From contig CAWAHW010000002.1 of NCBI GenBank assembly GCA_963781885.1, positions 608,001 through 672,000 on the forward strand: 64,000 nt of DNA, written 5' to 3'. A program made the translations under genes and the position numbers. Source of the DNA: an uncultured Spirochaetota bacterium. GTDB taxonomy: Bacteria > Spirochaetota > Spirochaetia > SZUA-6 > Fen-1364. Positions 53,552 to 62,892 of this stretch are shown one piece after another; the first letter of the stretch is position 1, and each line of letters begins with the position of its first letter. Below the pieces are notes generated by a model, which worked only from the letters and a program-made list of their open reading frames with translations, did no database searches and was not told the DNA's origin.

Positions 53552-53851
53552 ATGGACGTCGTGAGCTTCACCCAGGATGCCTCGCACCTCGTGCTGGGAG
53601 CATTCGCCACTTTCTGCGCCATCCTCCTCTGGTCGCGCACGCGCGACCTGGCGTGGACCTTCGTGATCATCGGGGCGATCGTCTCCTATGCCGACATCGT
53701 GCTTTCGACGCTGCGGGCATTCGGCATCCTCGGCGATGAGCTTCTCCGCTACCGCGGCGTGCCCGTGCTCCAGATCGCGCTCTCCGACCTGCCGCTCCTC
53801 TTCATGGGCATCGGTTTTCTCATCGCCGTCTCCCGCAGGAGGTTGCCCTGA
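53552..53851 (+). CDS. Small integral membrane protein (about 3 TM helices)
   Basis: SD GGAGG, hydrophobic helices, tight operon spacing. Confidence 0.75.
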   Translation: MDVVSFTQDASHLVLGAFATFCAILLWSRTRDLAWTFVIIGAIVSYADIVLSTLRAFGILGDELLRYRGVPVLQIALSDLPLLFMGIGFLIAVSRRRLP

Positions 53852-53853
53852 CC

Positions 53854-55368
53854 ATGGCCCGCATCCGTGTCATCCCCGCACGCGACGAGGCGAACATCGA
53901 ACAGAAGGTCGTCACCTTCCTCCTTGCCGCGGTCCAGGAAAAGCCGGACTCGATTATTTCCGTGTTCGCCGGCACACCGGCATTTGGCGTCTACAGGCTT
54001 CTGGTGGACCGGGCGCGCGCCGAGGTGGTCGATTTCTCCCGCGTCCGCTTTGTCGTGTTCGACGAGCTGCTGCCGGCGGCGGCCGCGCAGAAGATGGGCG
54101 ACCGCGGCCCGTTTCGCGTCACGCTCGACGAGCGGCTCTTCATCCCACTGGGAATACCGGCGGACAACGTGATCTGCTTCTCTCTTGCGCACGACCGTGA
54201 GGCGGAGACGACGAGGGTCGCGGGGCATCTGGCGGTGGCCGGCATCGACATTGCGCTCCTTTCCGTGGATTCCCGGGGCCACATCGGGTTCCACGTCAAC
54301 GGCTCCGATCTCGACTCGAAGGCGGGAATCGTGCGAGTGGAGAACCGCGAGCGTTGGGGCGCCGTGGAGGCTTTTTCCCTCGGGCTTGCAGACCTCGCGC
54401 AGGCGTCGCGCATCCTGCTTTTCGCCGCGGGACGCAACCTCGCCGAGATCGTGCGCCGTCTGACCGAGGGGACATTCGACCCTTCGGTTCCCATCTCCGT
54501 CCTGCAGCATCACGAGGACGTCCTGCTGGTTGCCGACACCGGCGCCCTCTCCCTCGTCGCCCGCGAGGAGCGCATCCACGGCTTCTACTCGGGGTTCCTC
54601 ATCATGGACGCGCGCTCCGCGCCCACGGGGCGGAGGATACTCGTGGTGTCGCCGCACCCCGACGACGCGCCCATCAGCCTCGGCGGCACCATGGCAATGC
54701 TGAGCCAGGCGAATACCGTGACGACCGCCATCATGACCACCGGGCATCGCTCCTTCATCTATGGCACCCAGCGCGCCGAGCGCATCGCCATCCGCGAGGC
54801 CGAGGTCCAGAAGGAGTCGCGCTTCCTCGGCGTGGAGCCGCGTTTCCTGCGGCTTCCCTTCTATGATGCCAACTACGAGATCGCGGAGCGCGACCTGGAA
54901 ATATTCGGCGCTTTGCTTGCCACGTTGACCCCGGACTGGATCTTCATGCCTCACCAGAAGGACAGCCACCCCGCGCATATCGCCACGCGCGCCGTCGTGA
55001 AGGAGGCGCTGAAGCGCCATCTCGCCGGCACCGCCCGGTCCATCGAATGCTGGCAGTACGAGGGGCCCTGGGCGCTTTTCAACCGCGGCGAGTTCAACGC
55101 CATCGTCACCGTCCCGCGCATTTTTTTCGAGCGGAAGCTGCAGGCCATCCGCGCCCACGAATCGCAGGTGGCGCGCACCCCCTACGACGTGGCGGCAGAG
55201 TCGCTCGCGCGGATGCGGTCCGCGCTGGTGCCGGAGTCGGAGCTGGCGGGTTTCGGGGCGCGACCGCCGCGCCTGGATGCATGGCTGGAATTGTTCTACC
55301 GGGAAGACGTGCGCGGGGACTCGGCCGGCTCATTGCCCTTGGCGGCGACGCCGACGGCGGCGCGGTAG
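53854..55368 (+). CDS. NagB-like domain fused to a PIG-L family deacetylase
   Basis: VVFDEL, GHIGF, PISVLQHH; SPHPDD, DSHPAH, AHESQ. Confidence 0.82.
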   Translation: MARIRVIPARDEANIEQKVVTFLLAAVQEKPDSIISVFAGTPAFGVYRLLVDRARAEVVDFSRVRFVVFDELLPAAAAQKMGDRGPFRVTLDERLFIPLGIPADNVICFSLAHDREAETTRVAGHLAVAGIDIALLSVDSRGHIGFHVNGSDLDSKAGIVRVENRERWGAVEAFSLGLADLAQASRILLFAAGRNLAEIVRRLTEGTFDPSVPISVLQHHEDVLLVADTGALSLVAREERIHGFYSGFLIMDARSAPTGRRILVVSPHPDDAPISLGGTMAMLSQANTVTTAIMTTGHRSFIYGTQRAERIAIREAEVQKESRFLGVEPRFLRLPFYDANYEIAERDLEIFGALLATLTPDWIFMPHQKDSHPAHIATRAVVKEALKRHLAGTARSIECWQYEGPWALFNRGEFNAIVTVPRIFFERKLQAIRAHESQVARTPYDVAAESLARMRSALVPESELAGFGARPPRLDAWLELFYREDVRGDSAGSLPLAATPTAAR

Positions 55369-55381
55369 CGACCGGCGGCGC

Positions 55382-55410
55382 AAAAAAGCCCGGCCAAGGC
55401 CGGGCTTTTA
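55382..55410. terminator. Bidirectional intrinsic terminator
   Basis: AAAAAAGCCCGGCC-AA-GGCCGGGCTTTT between convergent genes. Confidence 0.85.
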
Positions 55411-55449
55411 TTGTCTGCCGCATCGGGCGGCAGAATGGAACGGTCGGCC

Positions 55450-55635
55450 CTACTCGACCAGGATCGCCTCCGCCGGGCAGTCGCTGGCGGCGTCCCGAAC
55501 GGCCTTTTCCATATTCGCGGGCACCTCGGGGGTGATGACCTCTGCGATGTCCTTGCCCATCTTGAAGACCTGGGGCACGCTGTCCGTGCACAGGCCGCAG
55601 GCCGTGCACAGGTCGGCGTCTATCCTCACCTTCAT
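55450..55635 (-). CDS. Single-cluster ferredoxin
   Basis: CTACGLC...DCPAEAI; SD AGGAG. Confidence 0.92.
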   Translation of the reverse strand: MKVRIDADLCTACGLCTDSVPQVFKMGKDIAEVITPEVPANMEKAVRDAASDCPAEAILVE

Positions 55636-55782
55636 CGTCCGCTCCTTCCTGATGTGATTTCTCACCGTGCCGCGTTCGTCGGCAGGCAGGACCACCATAC
55701 CCCAGTTGCCATCGCTTTTCAAGGATCGGGCCATCGCGCGGCCCCGGGGGGCACCCGGGGCGCAGCCGGGGAGCGGTATTGC

Positions 55783-55810
55783 TTGACTAAAGCAGGTTTT
55801 TCGCTATCCT
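55783..55810 (+). promoter_or_regulatory. Candidate sigma70 promoter
   Basis: TTGACT-16 bp-TATCCT. Confidence 0.45.
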
Positions 55811-55839
55811 TGGCAGAGAAATACCACTGGAGGCAGCGC

Positions 55840-56094
55840 ATGATTGCTCTCATCATCGGCGTCGTTCTCGTGCTTTTTGCCGTCTACGCGGTTCTTCCTT
55901 TTTCCTGGAGCCTGAACTGGTGGCAGCCCGTTCTCGAGTTCCTCAAGGGGGGAGCCCCCATTCTCGCCGTCTTCATCGGTCTGATCGCGTTCTTCGTCGG
56001 CGTGGCGGACATCAAGGACAAGATCGAGGCGAAGAAGGAAGAGGCGGAGGAAAAGGCGGAGAAGAAGGACGAGCCTGCCAAGGGAGCCACTTGA
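55840..56094 (+). CDS. Small membrane protein (2 TM helices, charged tail)
   Basis: SD GGAGG; FLKGG...GVADIKDKIEAKKEE. Confidence 0.8.
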   Translation: MIALIIGVVLVLFAVYAVLPFSWSLNWWQPVLEFLKGGAPILAVFIGLIAFFVGVADIKDKIEAKKEEAEEKAEKKDEPAKGAT

Positions 56095-56176
56095 CATTCC
56101 CCCCCGGGGCATGCGACTGTAGCTTTCCGCGGCAGCCATGCCGCGTTTTTCCTGATCAGGGAGTGGTTGGAGAGCG

Positions 56177-56608
56177 ATGAAAACGATATTTGTAAAGCCC
56201 AGCGAGGTCGAGCACAAGTGGTACCTCATCGACGCGGAGGGGAAGGTGCTGGGACGGCTGGCGTCCCGTGTCGTGGCGATACTCCGCGGCAAGAACAAGC
56301 CTGAATACACACCGCACTGGGACATGGGCGACTCTGTGGTCATCATCAATGCCGGAAAGATCCAGGTGACGGGCCGCAAGCCCGCGCAGAAGCTCTATTA
56401 CCGCCATTCAAAATACCCCGGTGGATTCCGCGCGGAGCCCTATGAGAAGGTTTTTGCGCGCAAGCCTGCGTGGCCCCTCGAACGGGCCATCGAGGGCATG
56501 CTGCCCAAGGGTCCCATGGGCCGCAAGATCTTCAAGAGACTGAAGGTTTACGCCGGTCCCGAGCACCCGCACGCTTCGCAGAAGCCCATCAAGCTCGAGA
56601 TTTCCTGA
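56177..56608 (+). CDS. rplM: 50S ribosomal protein L13
   Basis: WYLIDA, LGRLAS, RGKNKP, GMLPKG. Confidence 0.97.
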   Translation: MKTIFVKPSEVEHKWYLIDAEGKVLGRLASRVVAILRGKNKPEYTPHWDMGDSVVIINAGKIQVTGRKPAQKLYYRHSKYPGGFRAEPYEKVFARKPAWPLERAIEGMLPKGPMGRKIFKRLKVYAGPEHPHASQKPIKLEIS

Positions 56609-56627
56609 AAGAAGCAAGGAGAATACC

Positions 56628-57020
56628 TTGGTAAAGAATCTGACGGTTGCGACAGGCAAGCGCAAGACTTCAATCGCGCGCGTCTTCCTCCGGGACGGCG
56701 CCGGCGCGGTCATTATCAACGGAAAAACGGTTGACGAATACTTTGCCGGTCTTCCCAACGCGCACAGCGTGCTCGCCCCGTTTGACGTCACCAACACCAC
56801 GGGGAAGTTCGACGTCCTGATCACCGTGAAGGGCGGTGGGATCACGGGCCAGATCGAGGCCTGCCGGCACGGCATTGCCCGCGCCCTGAACGCCTACGAC
56901 GCGACGAACCACCTTGCCCTCCGTGCCAATGGCTTCCTCACGCGCGATTCGCGCATGGTGGAAAGGAAGAAGTACGGACAGTCCGGCGCCCGCAGACGCT
57001 TCCAGTTCTCCAAGAGATAG
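56628..57020 (+). CDS. rpsI: 30S ribosomal protein S9
   Basis: GKRKTSIARV, GGGITGQ, ERKKYG...QFSKR. Confidence 0.97.
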   Translation: MVKNLTVATGKRKTSIARVFLRDGAGAVIINGKTVDEYFAGLPNAHSVLAPFDVTNTTGKFDVLITVKGGGITGQIEACRHGIARALNAYDATNHLALRANGFLTRDSRMVERKKYGQSGARRRFQFSKR

Positions 57021-57028
57021 ACCAGAGG

Positions 57029-57055
57029 GGGAAGACCCCGCGTCTTCCCTTTCTG
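57029..57055 (+). terminator. Terminator-like hairpin after rpsI
   Basis: GGGAAGAC-CCCGC-GTCTTCCC-TTTCT. Confidence 0.55.
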
Positions 57056-57663
57056 TCATTTCCGTCGAGCTCAAGGGAGCCGCCGGAGAGGCGGTCCGCA
57101 TCCACCTCTCCGACGGCTCTTTCTTCATCCTCCACTCCGAGGTATTCGCGCGCACGCAGCTCGCATCGGGATCACCCTTGGACGTCGATGCCCGGGCCGA
57201 GCTCCTTCTGCGCTCGGAGAAGCTCATGGCGCGTGACCGCGCGCTCCTTCTCCTTTCCCACGCCGGCCAGACCCGTCGCGGTCTTGCCCGGAAGCTCTCC
57301 GCACGCGGCTTCAGCGCTTCCGCCGTCCGCCATGCGGTCGCGCGCATGGTGGAGCTCGGTTACCTCGATGACAAGGCATTTGCCGAGTCGTGGCTGCGGT
57401 CGCGTCTCGCCATGCGCAAGGACGGCCTGCTCGCGCTTTCCCGCGGGCTGATCGCGCGCGGGGTCCCGCGACCGCTGGCCGACGAGGCGCTCGCGGCTTT
57501 GTATCTGCCGGACGACGAGGCGGCAGTTGCCCTCGAGCTGGTGCAGGGGCTGTCCCGGGATGCGGCGATCCGTCGGCTTACGGGGAGGGGCTTTCGCGCG
57601 CGCGCCATTGCGGCTGCTCTCCGTCAGCTCAAGGGAAGAGATCGAGAACGGGACGAGGAATGA
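57055..57663 (+). CDS. recX: Regulatory protein RecX (start uncertain)
   Basis: ALLLL...LARKLSARGF, GYLDDKAFAESW, LIARGV, LTGRGF. Confidence 0.8.
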   Translation, partial: VISVELKGAAGEAVRIHLSDGSFFILHSEVFARTQLASGSPLDVDARAELLLRSEKLMARDRALLLLSHAGQTRRGLARKLSARGFSASAVRHAVARMVELGYLDDKAFAESWLRSRLAMRKDGLLALSRGLIARGVPRPLADEALAALYLPDDEAAVALELVQGLSRDAAIRRLTGRGFRARAIAAALRQLKGRDRERDEE

Positions 57664-58288
57664 AATGGAATCCGTCCTCCAGCACGCGCCGCGCGAGGTC
57701 GAAAACCTCCCGCGCATTGTCCAACAGCACGGAGTCTGACGATGCGATGACGCCGTCATATGTCTTCAGGGGGTAGTCGGCGCTCTGCGCGACGTCCACC
57801 AGCACGGGGAAGGGAAGGGGCTGGAAGCGCACGCGGAGCTCCTCGGCCATGCGTCCCGAGTACGCAATGGGCGCATCGAGCCACACATCGGCGCGCACCG
57901 GGGACGACCGCCGCAAGGTCTGCACGATGGCCGGCATTGCGCGCCCGGTGAGCTCGCTGACCCTGTAGCTGCCGTGGGTTGCCGAGGCATCGCGAAGTAC
58001 GCCGTCGTCGGCGAGGAAAACCCTGCGCCCTGCCAGATAGCTTTCGACCGTGATCAGCACATTGTACCAGTCGATGCCCAGTGCTTTTCCCGTAGCGGAA
58101 AGGAGGACTTTCTTCCTGCGGCTCGATGCTGTATCATCGACGACGATGCTGCGAAACAGGCAGTTGCGTTCAAGCCGCGTGAGCCCGTGCCTGTCGCCGA
58201 CAAGTTTTAGAGATGCTTTTTCGGGATATCCTTTATTCCTGAGAAATCGATAGGTGTTGCATGCGTCGCGGAAATTATTGGTTGACAT
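57629..58288 (-). CDS. DUF434/DUF5616 family protein
   Basis: FLRNKGYP...LVGDRH, IDWYNVLITVES, DDGVLRD. Confidence 0.8.
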   Translation of the reverse strand: MSTNNFRDACNTYRFLRNKGYPEKASLKLVGDRHGLTRLERNCLFRSIVVDDTASSRRKKVLLSATGKALGIDWYNVLITVESYLAGRRVFLADDGVLRDASATHGSYRVSELTGRAMPAIVQTLRRSSPVRADVWLDAPIAYSGRMAEELRVRFQPLPFPVLVDVAQSADYPLKTYDGVIASSDSVLLDNAREVFDLARRVLEDGFHFIPRPVLDLFP

Positions 58289-58320
58289 TATGGATATAAT
58301 TGGTATACTGTATAATATTG
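58282..58320 (+). promoter_or_regulatory. AT-rich divergent promoter region
   Basis: TTGACA-16 bp-TATACT with extended TG; TATAATTG occurs twice. Confidence 0.65.
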
Positions 58321-58363
58321 AGAAATGGCCTGGTCGCCGCGCACGACCGAAAGGATAGCAGCA

Positions 58364-58990
58364 ATGGCGAAAAAGGAAAAGAAGGTTCGCATATTTTCGG
58401 CCCTTGAAGTTGCAGATATCTGCGGCGTCGTCAACCAGACAGCAATCAATTGGATTAAAAATGGCTTCCTCAAGGCTTTCATGACGCCCGGCGGCCAATA
58501 TCGCGTCTACGCGGAGGACCTCTTCGATTTTCTCTCTTCGCGCGGCATGCGCATTCCGGAAGAGCTTGCCGAGGCGGCCGAAGACGGACCCAACTGGGAA
58601 TGCATCCTCATCGTCGATGACGACGAGAACATCAACACGCTGTTGACGCGTTACCTGAGCAGGCGCTCCCCATCGTGGACGGTCATCCAGGCATTTGACG
58701 GCTTCGAGGCCGGCAAGCTCATCAGCGCGTCCCGGCCCGGGGTGATCCTGCTGGACATCAATCTCCCCGGCATCGACGGGCACAAGCTCTGCCGGCGCAT
58801 CAAGGAGGATCCGTCGCTCGGCGGGCCGATCATCATCGCCATCACGGGTCTCACGGACGAGGACATAGAGGGGACGGTCCTTGCGGAAGGCGCCGATGCG
58901 TTCCGGCGCAAGCCGCTTGATTTCGAGAACCTGTACCAGACGATCGGAGCGCTCTCTGCTGCGCGCGTCGGGGGAGGGGGCGCGGGATGA
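58364..58990 (+). CDS. Response regulator with N-terminal excisionase/MerR-like HTH
   Basis: EVADICGV...NWIKNG, TPGGQYRV; receiver motifs VDDD, LDINLP, KP. Confidence 0.88.
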   Translation: MAKKEKKVRIFSALEVADICGVVNQTAINWIKNGFLKAFMTPGGQYRVYAEDLFDFLSSRGMRIPEELAEAAEDGPNWECILIVDDDENINTLLTRYLSRRSPSWTVIQAFDGFEAGKLISASRPGVILLDINLPGIDGHKLCRRIKEDPSLGGPIIIAITGLTDEDIEGTVLAEGADAFRRKPLDFENLYQTIGALSAARVGGGGAG

Positions 58991-59343
58991 GCGGCGGTCC
59001 CCTGATCCTCATCGTCGAGGATGAGGATTCGATCCGTCTCACGCTGCGCGACTACCTGAAAAAGAAGGGCCACGAGGTGATTGTCGCCTCCGACGGCGTG
59101 GGCGCGATCAAACAGATCCTCGACCATCCCGTCAATCTCGTCGTGACCGACTACCGCATGGACATCCTGGGCGGCGACTACTGGATCCGTTTCCTGCGCG
59201 AGTTCTGCAAGGACAAGAAGGTCATCATCACGAGCGGCTTCCTCCAGCCGGAATTCCCCATTCCCTACACGGTGGTCTACAAGCCGTACGATTACTCGGA
59301 GCTGGAGACGCTCATCCGCGCCACCCTCGCGGAGGGCTCATAG
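58987..59343 (+). CDS. Single-domain response regulator
   Basis: VEDE, TDYRM, TSG, KPY; ATGA overlap. Confidence 0.88.
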   Translation: MSGGPLILIVEDEDSIRLTLRDYLKKKGHEVIVASDGVGAIKQILDHPVNLVVTDYRMDILGGDYWIRFLREFCKDKKVIITSGFLQPEFPIPYTVVYKPYDYSELETLIRATLAEGS

Positions 59344-59351
59344 GACGGGCC

Positions 59352-59639
59352 GTGGCGGGGGAGACGAACGCCGCATTTCACGCGTTCGTGTCGGGACGCG
59401 TCCAGGGAGTCGGCTTCCGCTACTCCGCCGTGCGGGAAGCGCGGCGTTACGGCGTCCGGGGCACCGTCTCCAACGCTGACGATGGCAGCGTCGAGGTGCA
59501 TGCGGAAGGGGACCTTGCGAGGCTGCAGCGATTTCTCGCATGGCTCCACGAGGGACCGCCGGGGGCGCACGTGCGCGAGGTCGCGGTGACCTGGGGTGCG
59601 CCCACGGGCTCCTACACGCGGTTCGACGTCTCGTTCTGA
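59352..59639 (+). CDS. acyP: Acylphosphatase
   Basis: GRVQGVGFR, GTVSNADDGSVE, GPPGA. Confidence 0.93.
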   Translation: MAGETNAAFHAFVSGRVQGVGFRYSAVREARRYGVRGTVSNADDGSVEVHAEGDLARLQRFLAWLHEGPPGAHVREVAVTWGAPTGSYTRFDVSF

Positions 59640-59720
59640 GCTTCCATTCGCAAGCTTGCCTATTCGCGCCGCATCTGATAGAAGAGAGCGCGACCCGGGA
59701 AACATTTGAGGAGTTGCACG

Positions 59721-61550
59721 ATGTGCGGAATCTTCGGCTACGCGGGACCGGACGCGAATCCCGATGTTCTGATCGAAGGCATCAAGCGCCTGGAGTATCG
59801 CGGCTACGACTCGTGGGGCGTCTGCGTCGCCCGGGAGGACAGGCTCTCGATTCTGCGTCGTGTCGGACGCATCGGCGGGGTCGATGCCGCGGAGCTGAAT
59901 CTTGGCACGGGCAAGGCGCGTTCGGGCCTGGCGCACACGCGCTGGGCGACACACGGCGCCCCGACCGAGGCCAACGCGCACCCGCACGTCGACTGCGCCG
60001 GCCGGATTGCCGTGATCCACAACGGCATCATCGAGAACTATGCCGCGCTGCGGTCAAAGCTGATCGCGCAGGGACACCATTTCCTCTCGGAGACCGACAC
60101 CGAGGTGATTCCCCACCTCGTGGAGGAGCTCCTGAAGTCGGAGACGGATTTCACCTCCGCATTCCTTGCTGCCACGAAGCTCCTGGTGGGCGCCTACGGC
60201 ATCGCTTGCCTGTGGGCCGGGGACCCCGATTCCATCTGGGTCGCGCGGCACGGGAGCCCCATCGTCCTGGGGCTGGGCAAGAACAGGACGCTGGTCGCGA
60301 GCGACCCCGCGCCGCTGGTGGCGCACACGCGTGATGTGATCTATCTCGACGACGGGGAGGCCGCCATCCTCCACTGCGACGGCTTCGAGACGCGCACGTT
60401 GGAGGGCACCCCCGTCAGCAAGCGCGTCCAGCAGATCGCCTTCAGTCTCCCCGACATCGAGCGCGGCGGCTTTCCCCACTTCATGCTGAAGGAGATCTCC
60501 GAGCAGCCCGAGTCCATCCGCAACGCGTTTCGGGGCCGCATCGTGCGCGCGGAGGGTACGGCGCATCTTGGCGGCGTGGACGAGGCGCTGCTGCGCAAGG
60601 TGAAGAGGTGCCACATCGTCGCCTGCGGCACCTCGTGGAATGCCGGCATGATCGGCAAGTACCTCATGGAGAATCTCGCGCGCATCCCCACCCAGGTGAC
60701 ATTCGGGGCGGAGTTCCGCTACGCGCACCCGGTCGTGGAGGCCGATACGCTCGTCGTCGCCATCAGCCAGTCCGGGGAGACCGCGGACACGCTGGCGGCG
60801 GTGCGGGAAGCGAAGCTCATGGGCGCGGAAACCATCGGCATCTGCAATGTCGTCGGCTCCACCATCGCGCGCGAGTGCGGGAAGGGGATCTACATCCACG
60901 CGGGACCCGAGATCGGGGTGGCCTCCACGAAGGCCTTCACGAGCCAGCTCGTGGTCCTGAGCCTCCTCGCGGTGCACATGGGACGCATGCGCGGCATGTC
61001 GTTGCGCGCCGGCCTCCTTTTCCTCGACGCGCTGGAGCGGCTTCCCGAACAGGCCGCGCAGCTTTTGGCGCGGAAGGAGTCGATCGCCGCGCTCGCCCGG
61101 CGGTATGCCCGGTGTCGGGACTTCCTCTTTGTCGGCCGTCTCTACGAGTATCCCGCGGCGATGGAAGGAGCGCTGAAGCTCAAGGAAATCTCCTACATCC
61201 ACGCGGAGGGCGTGCAGGCAGCGGAGATGAAGCATGGCCCCATCGCGCTCATCGATGCGGATGTGCCCACCGTCGTGCTCGCCGCACAGGCGGAGATCCG
61301 CGACAAGATGCTGGGAAACACGCATGAAATCCTCGCGCGCAAGGGTCCGGTCATCGCCGTCGGGCAGGAAGGCGATGACGAGCTTGCCGCTCTTGCCACG
61401 GAGACCATATTCATCCCGAAGACGCTCGATCCGCTCGTGCCGGTGCTCGCCATCATCCCGCTCCAGCTCCTTGCCTACTTCATCGCCGTGGAGCGTGGCT
61501 GCGACGTGGACAAGCCGCGCAATCTCGCCAAGAGCGTCACGGTGGAGTAG
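59721..61550 (+). CDS. glmS: Glutamine-fructose-6-phosphate aminotransferase
   Basis: MCGI, LEYRGYDS, HTRWATHG, SQSGETADT, KPRNLAKSVTVE. Confidence 0.97.
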   Translation: MCGIFGYAGPDANPDVLIEGIKRLEYRGYDSWGVCVAREDRLSILRRVGRIGGVDAAELNLGTGKARSGLAHTRWATHGAPTEANAHPHVDCAGRIAVIHNGIIENYAALRSKLIAQGHHFLSETDTEVIPHLVEELLKSETDFTSAFLAATKLLVGAYGIACLWAGDPDSIWVARHGSPIVLGLGKNRTLVASDPAPLVAHTRDVIYLDDGEAAILHCDGFETRTLEGTPVSKRVQQIAFSLPDIERGGFPHFMLKEISEQPESIRNAFRGRIVRAEGTAHLGGVDEALLRKVKRCHIVACGTSWNAGMIGKYLMENLARIPTQVTFGAEFRYAHPVVEADTLVVAISQSGETADTLAAVREAKLMGAETIGICNVVGSTIARECGKGIYIHAGPEIGVASTKAFTSQLVVLSLLAVHMGRMRGMSLRAGLLFLDALERLPEQAAQLLARKESIAALARRYARCRDFLFVGRLYEYPAAMEGALKLKEISYIHAEGVQAAEMKHGPIALIDADVPTVVLAAQAEIRDKMLGNTHEILARKGPVIAVGQEGDDELAALATETIFIPKTLDPLVPVLAIIPLQLLAYFIAVERGCDVDKPRNLAKSVTVE

Positions 61551-61552
61551 CG

Positions 61553-62788
61553 ATGAAGACACGGATCATGCTCTTCGAGGACCATCTGCTGGGCGACATG
61601 AGCCCCATCGCCCTCACGCGTCCGGCCTTTGCCGTGACGTGCGCCTGCTGCACGCTCTATGACATCGCCCGCGAGGCGGGCGGCGACGTCGGCTGGATCG
61701 TCCGCGACTATCTCCGCCAGACCGTGGGCCTGCGCTATCCCCGCGTCTCTTACGACCCGAGCGGTCCGTGGCTTTTCCTCAATGCGTCGCTCGTCCCCGA
61801 CGTACGCTACGCCGGTCACATCCGCGAGCTCATCGAGACGGGGCGGCCGTTCATCGCCACGGCGGGAAGCCGTGTCTCCGCTGCGCTCCTACCGGCCGGC
61901 ACGGAGGCCCCCCGGCCCCTCTCCTCCGACACCGTCACGCCGTGGCTGCTGGAGCTGAAGCTGCCCCTGCTCGAGCAGGAATGCTTTCGGACCCTCGACC
62001 ACCAGTTCGAAGTGATCAAGCACCTGGAGCCGCTCTTCGCGCAGAACATCGCCCATCGCATCGGCACGAGGGCCTACCACGAGATCAAGAAAGGCGTGTT
62101 CGCCGCCGCCGACGTTTCGATCGCGGATTCCGCCGTGTTCAAGACGAAGGACGGGCCGGTCGTGCTGGAGACCGGCGTGGAGGTGGCGGACTTCACCTAC
62201 CTGGTCGGACCGGTGCACGTGGGCGCCCATTCGCGCATCATCGAGCGGGCGTCGCTGAAGGAGCACGTCTGCATCGGGGAGACCTGCAAGGTGGGAGGCG
62301 AGGTGGAGGCGAGCATCATCGAAAGCTTCACCAACAAGCAGCACCACGGCTTCCTCGGTCATTCCTGGGTCGGCTCCTGGGTGAACCTCGGGGCCGGCAC
62401 GAGCAACAGCGACCTGAAGAACACCTACGGCGAGGTACGGCTGGAATACCCCCACCGGCGCGTGGAGACGGGCATGCAGTTCCTCGGCTGCATCATCGGC
62501 GACTACGCCAAGAGCGCCATCAACACGAGCATCTTCACCGGCAAGATCATCGGGGTTTCCAGCATGCTCTACGGTTTCATCGGCTCCAATGTCCCCAGCT
62601 TCTGCAACTACGCCCGGTCCTTCGGGCAGATCACCGAGTGCCCGCTTGACCAGGCCATTCTCGTGCAGAAGAGGATGTTCGAGCGCCGCGGGATCCACCA
62701 GAACGCGGAAGATGCCACGCTCCTGCGCGACGTCTTCGAGATGACCCGCGCCGAAAGGCTGCTCTCCGACGAGCCCCCCGCGCTCTAG
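61553..62788 (+). CDS. GlmU-related putative sugar nucleotidyltransferase with left-handed beta-helix
   Basis: PIALTRP N-terminus; KVGGEVE, NKQHHGFLGHS, NLGAGTSNSDLKN. Confidence 0.82.
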   Translation: MKTRIMLFEDHLLGDMSPIALTRPAFAVTCACCTLYDIAREAGGDVGWIVRDYLRQTVGLRYPRVSYDPSGPWLFLNASLVPDVRYAGHIRELIETGRPFIATAGSRVSAALLPAGTEAPRPLSSDTVTPWLLELKLPLLEQECFRTLDHQFEVIKHLEPLFAQNIAHRIGTRAYHEIKKGVFAAADVSIADSAVFKTKDGPVVLETGVEVADFTYLVGPVHVGAHSRIIERASLKEHVCIGETCKVGGEVEASIIESFTNKQHHGFLGHSWVGSWVNLGAGTSNSDLKNTYGEVRLEYPHRRVETGMQFLGCIIGDYAKSAINTSIFTGKIIGVSSMLYGFIGSNVPSFCNYARSFGQITECPLDQAILVQKRMFERRGIHQNAEDATLLRDVFEMTRAERLLSDEPPAL

Positions 62789-62809
62789 AAGACCGCGTTC
62801 TGTTTTGAT

Positions 62810-62838
62810 TTGACAATGCCCCAGCCGTGACCTATCAT
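62810..62838 (+). promoter_or_regulatory. Sigma70 promoter
   Basis: TTGACA-17 bp-TATCAT. Confidence 0.7.
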
Positions 62839-62892
62839 GGCGGCACAGGGCGTGGCTTCCAATCGAGTGGCTCGACACGAGGAGGTGCGGGC

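Noticed and set aside
59640-59720. glmS ribozyme
   Set aside because: The intergenic gap is too short and lacks the recognisable ribozyme core
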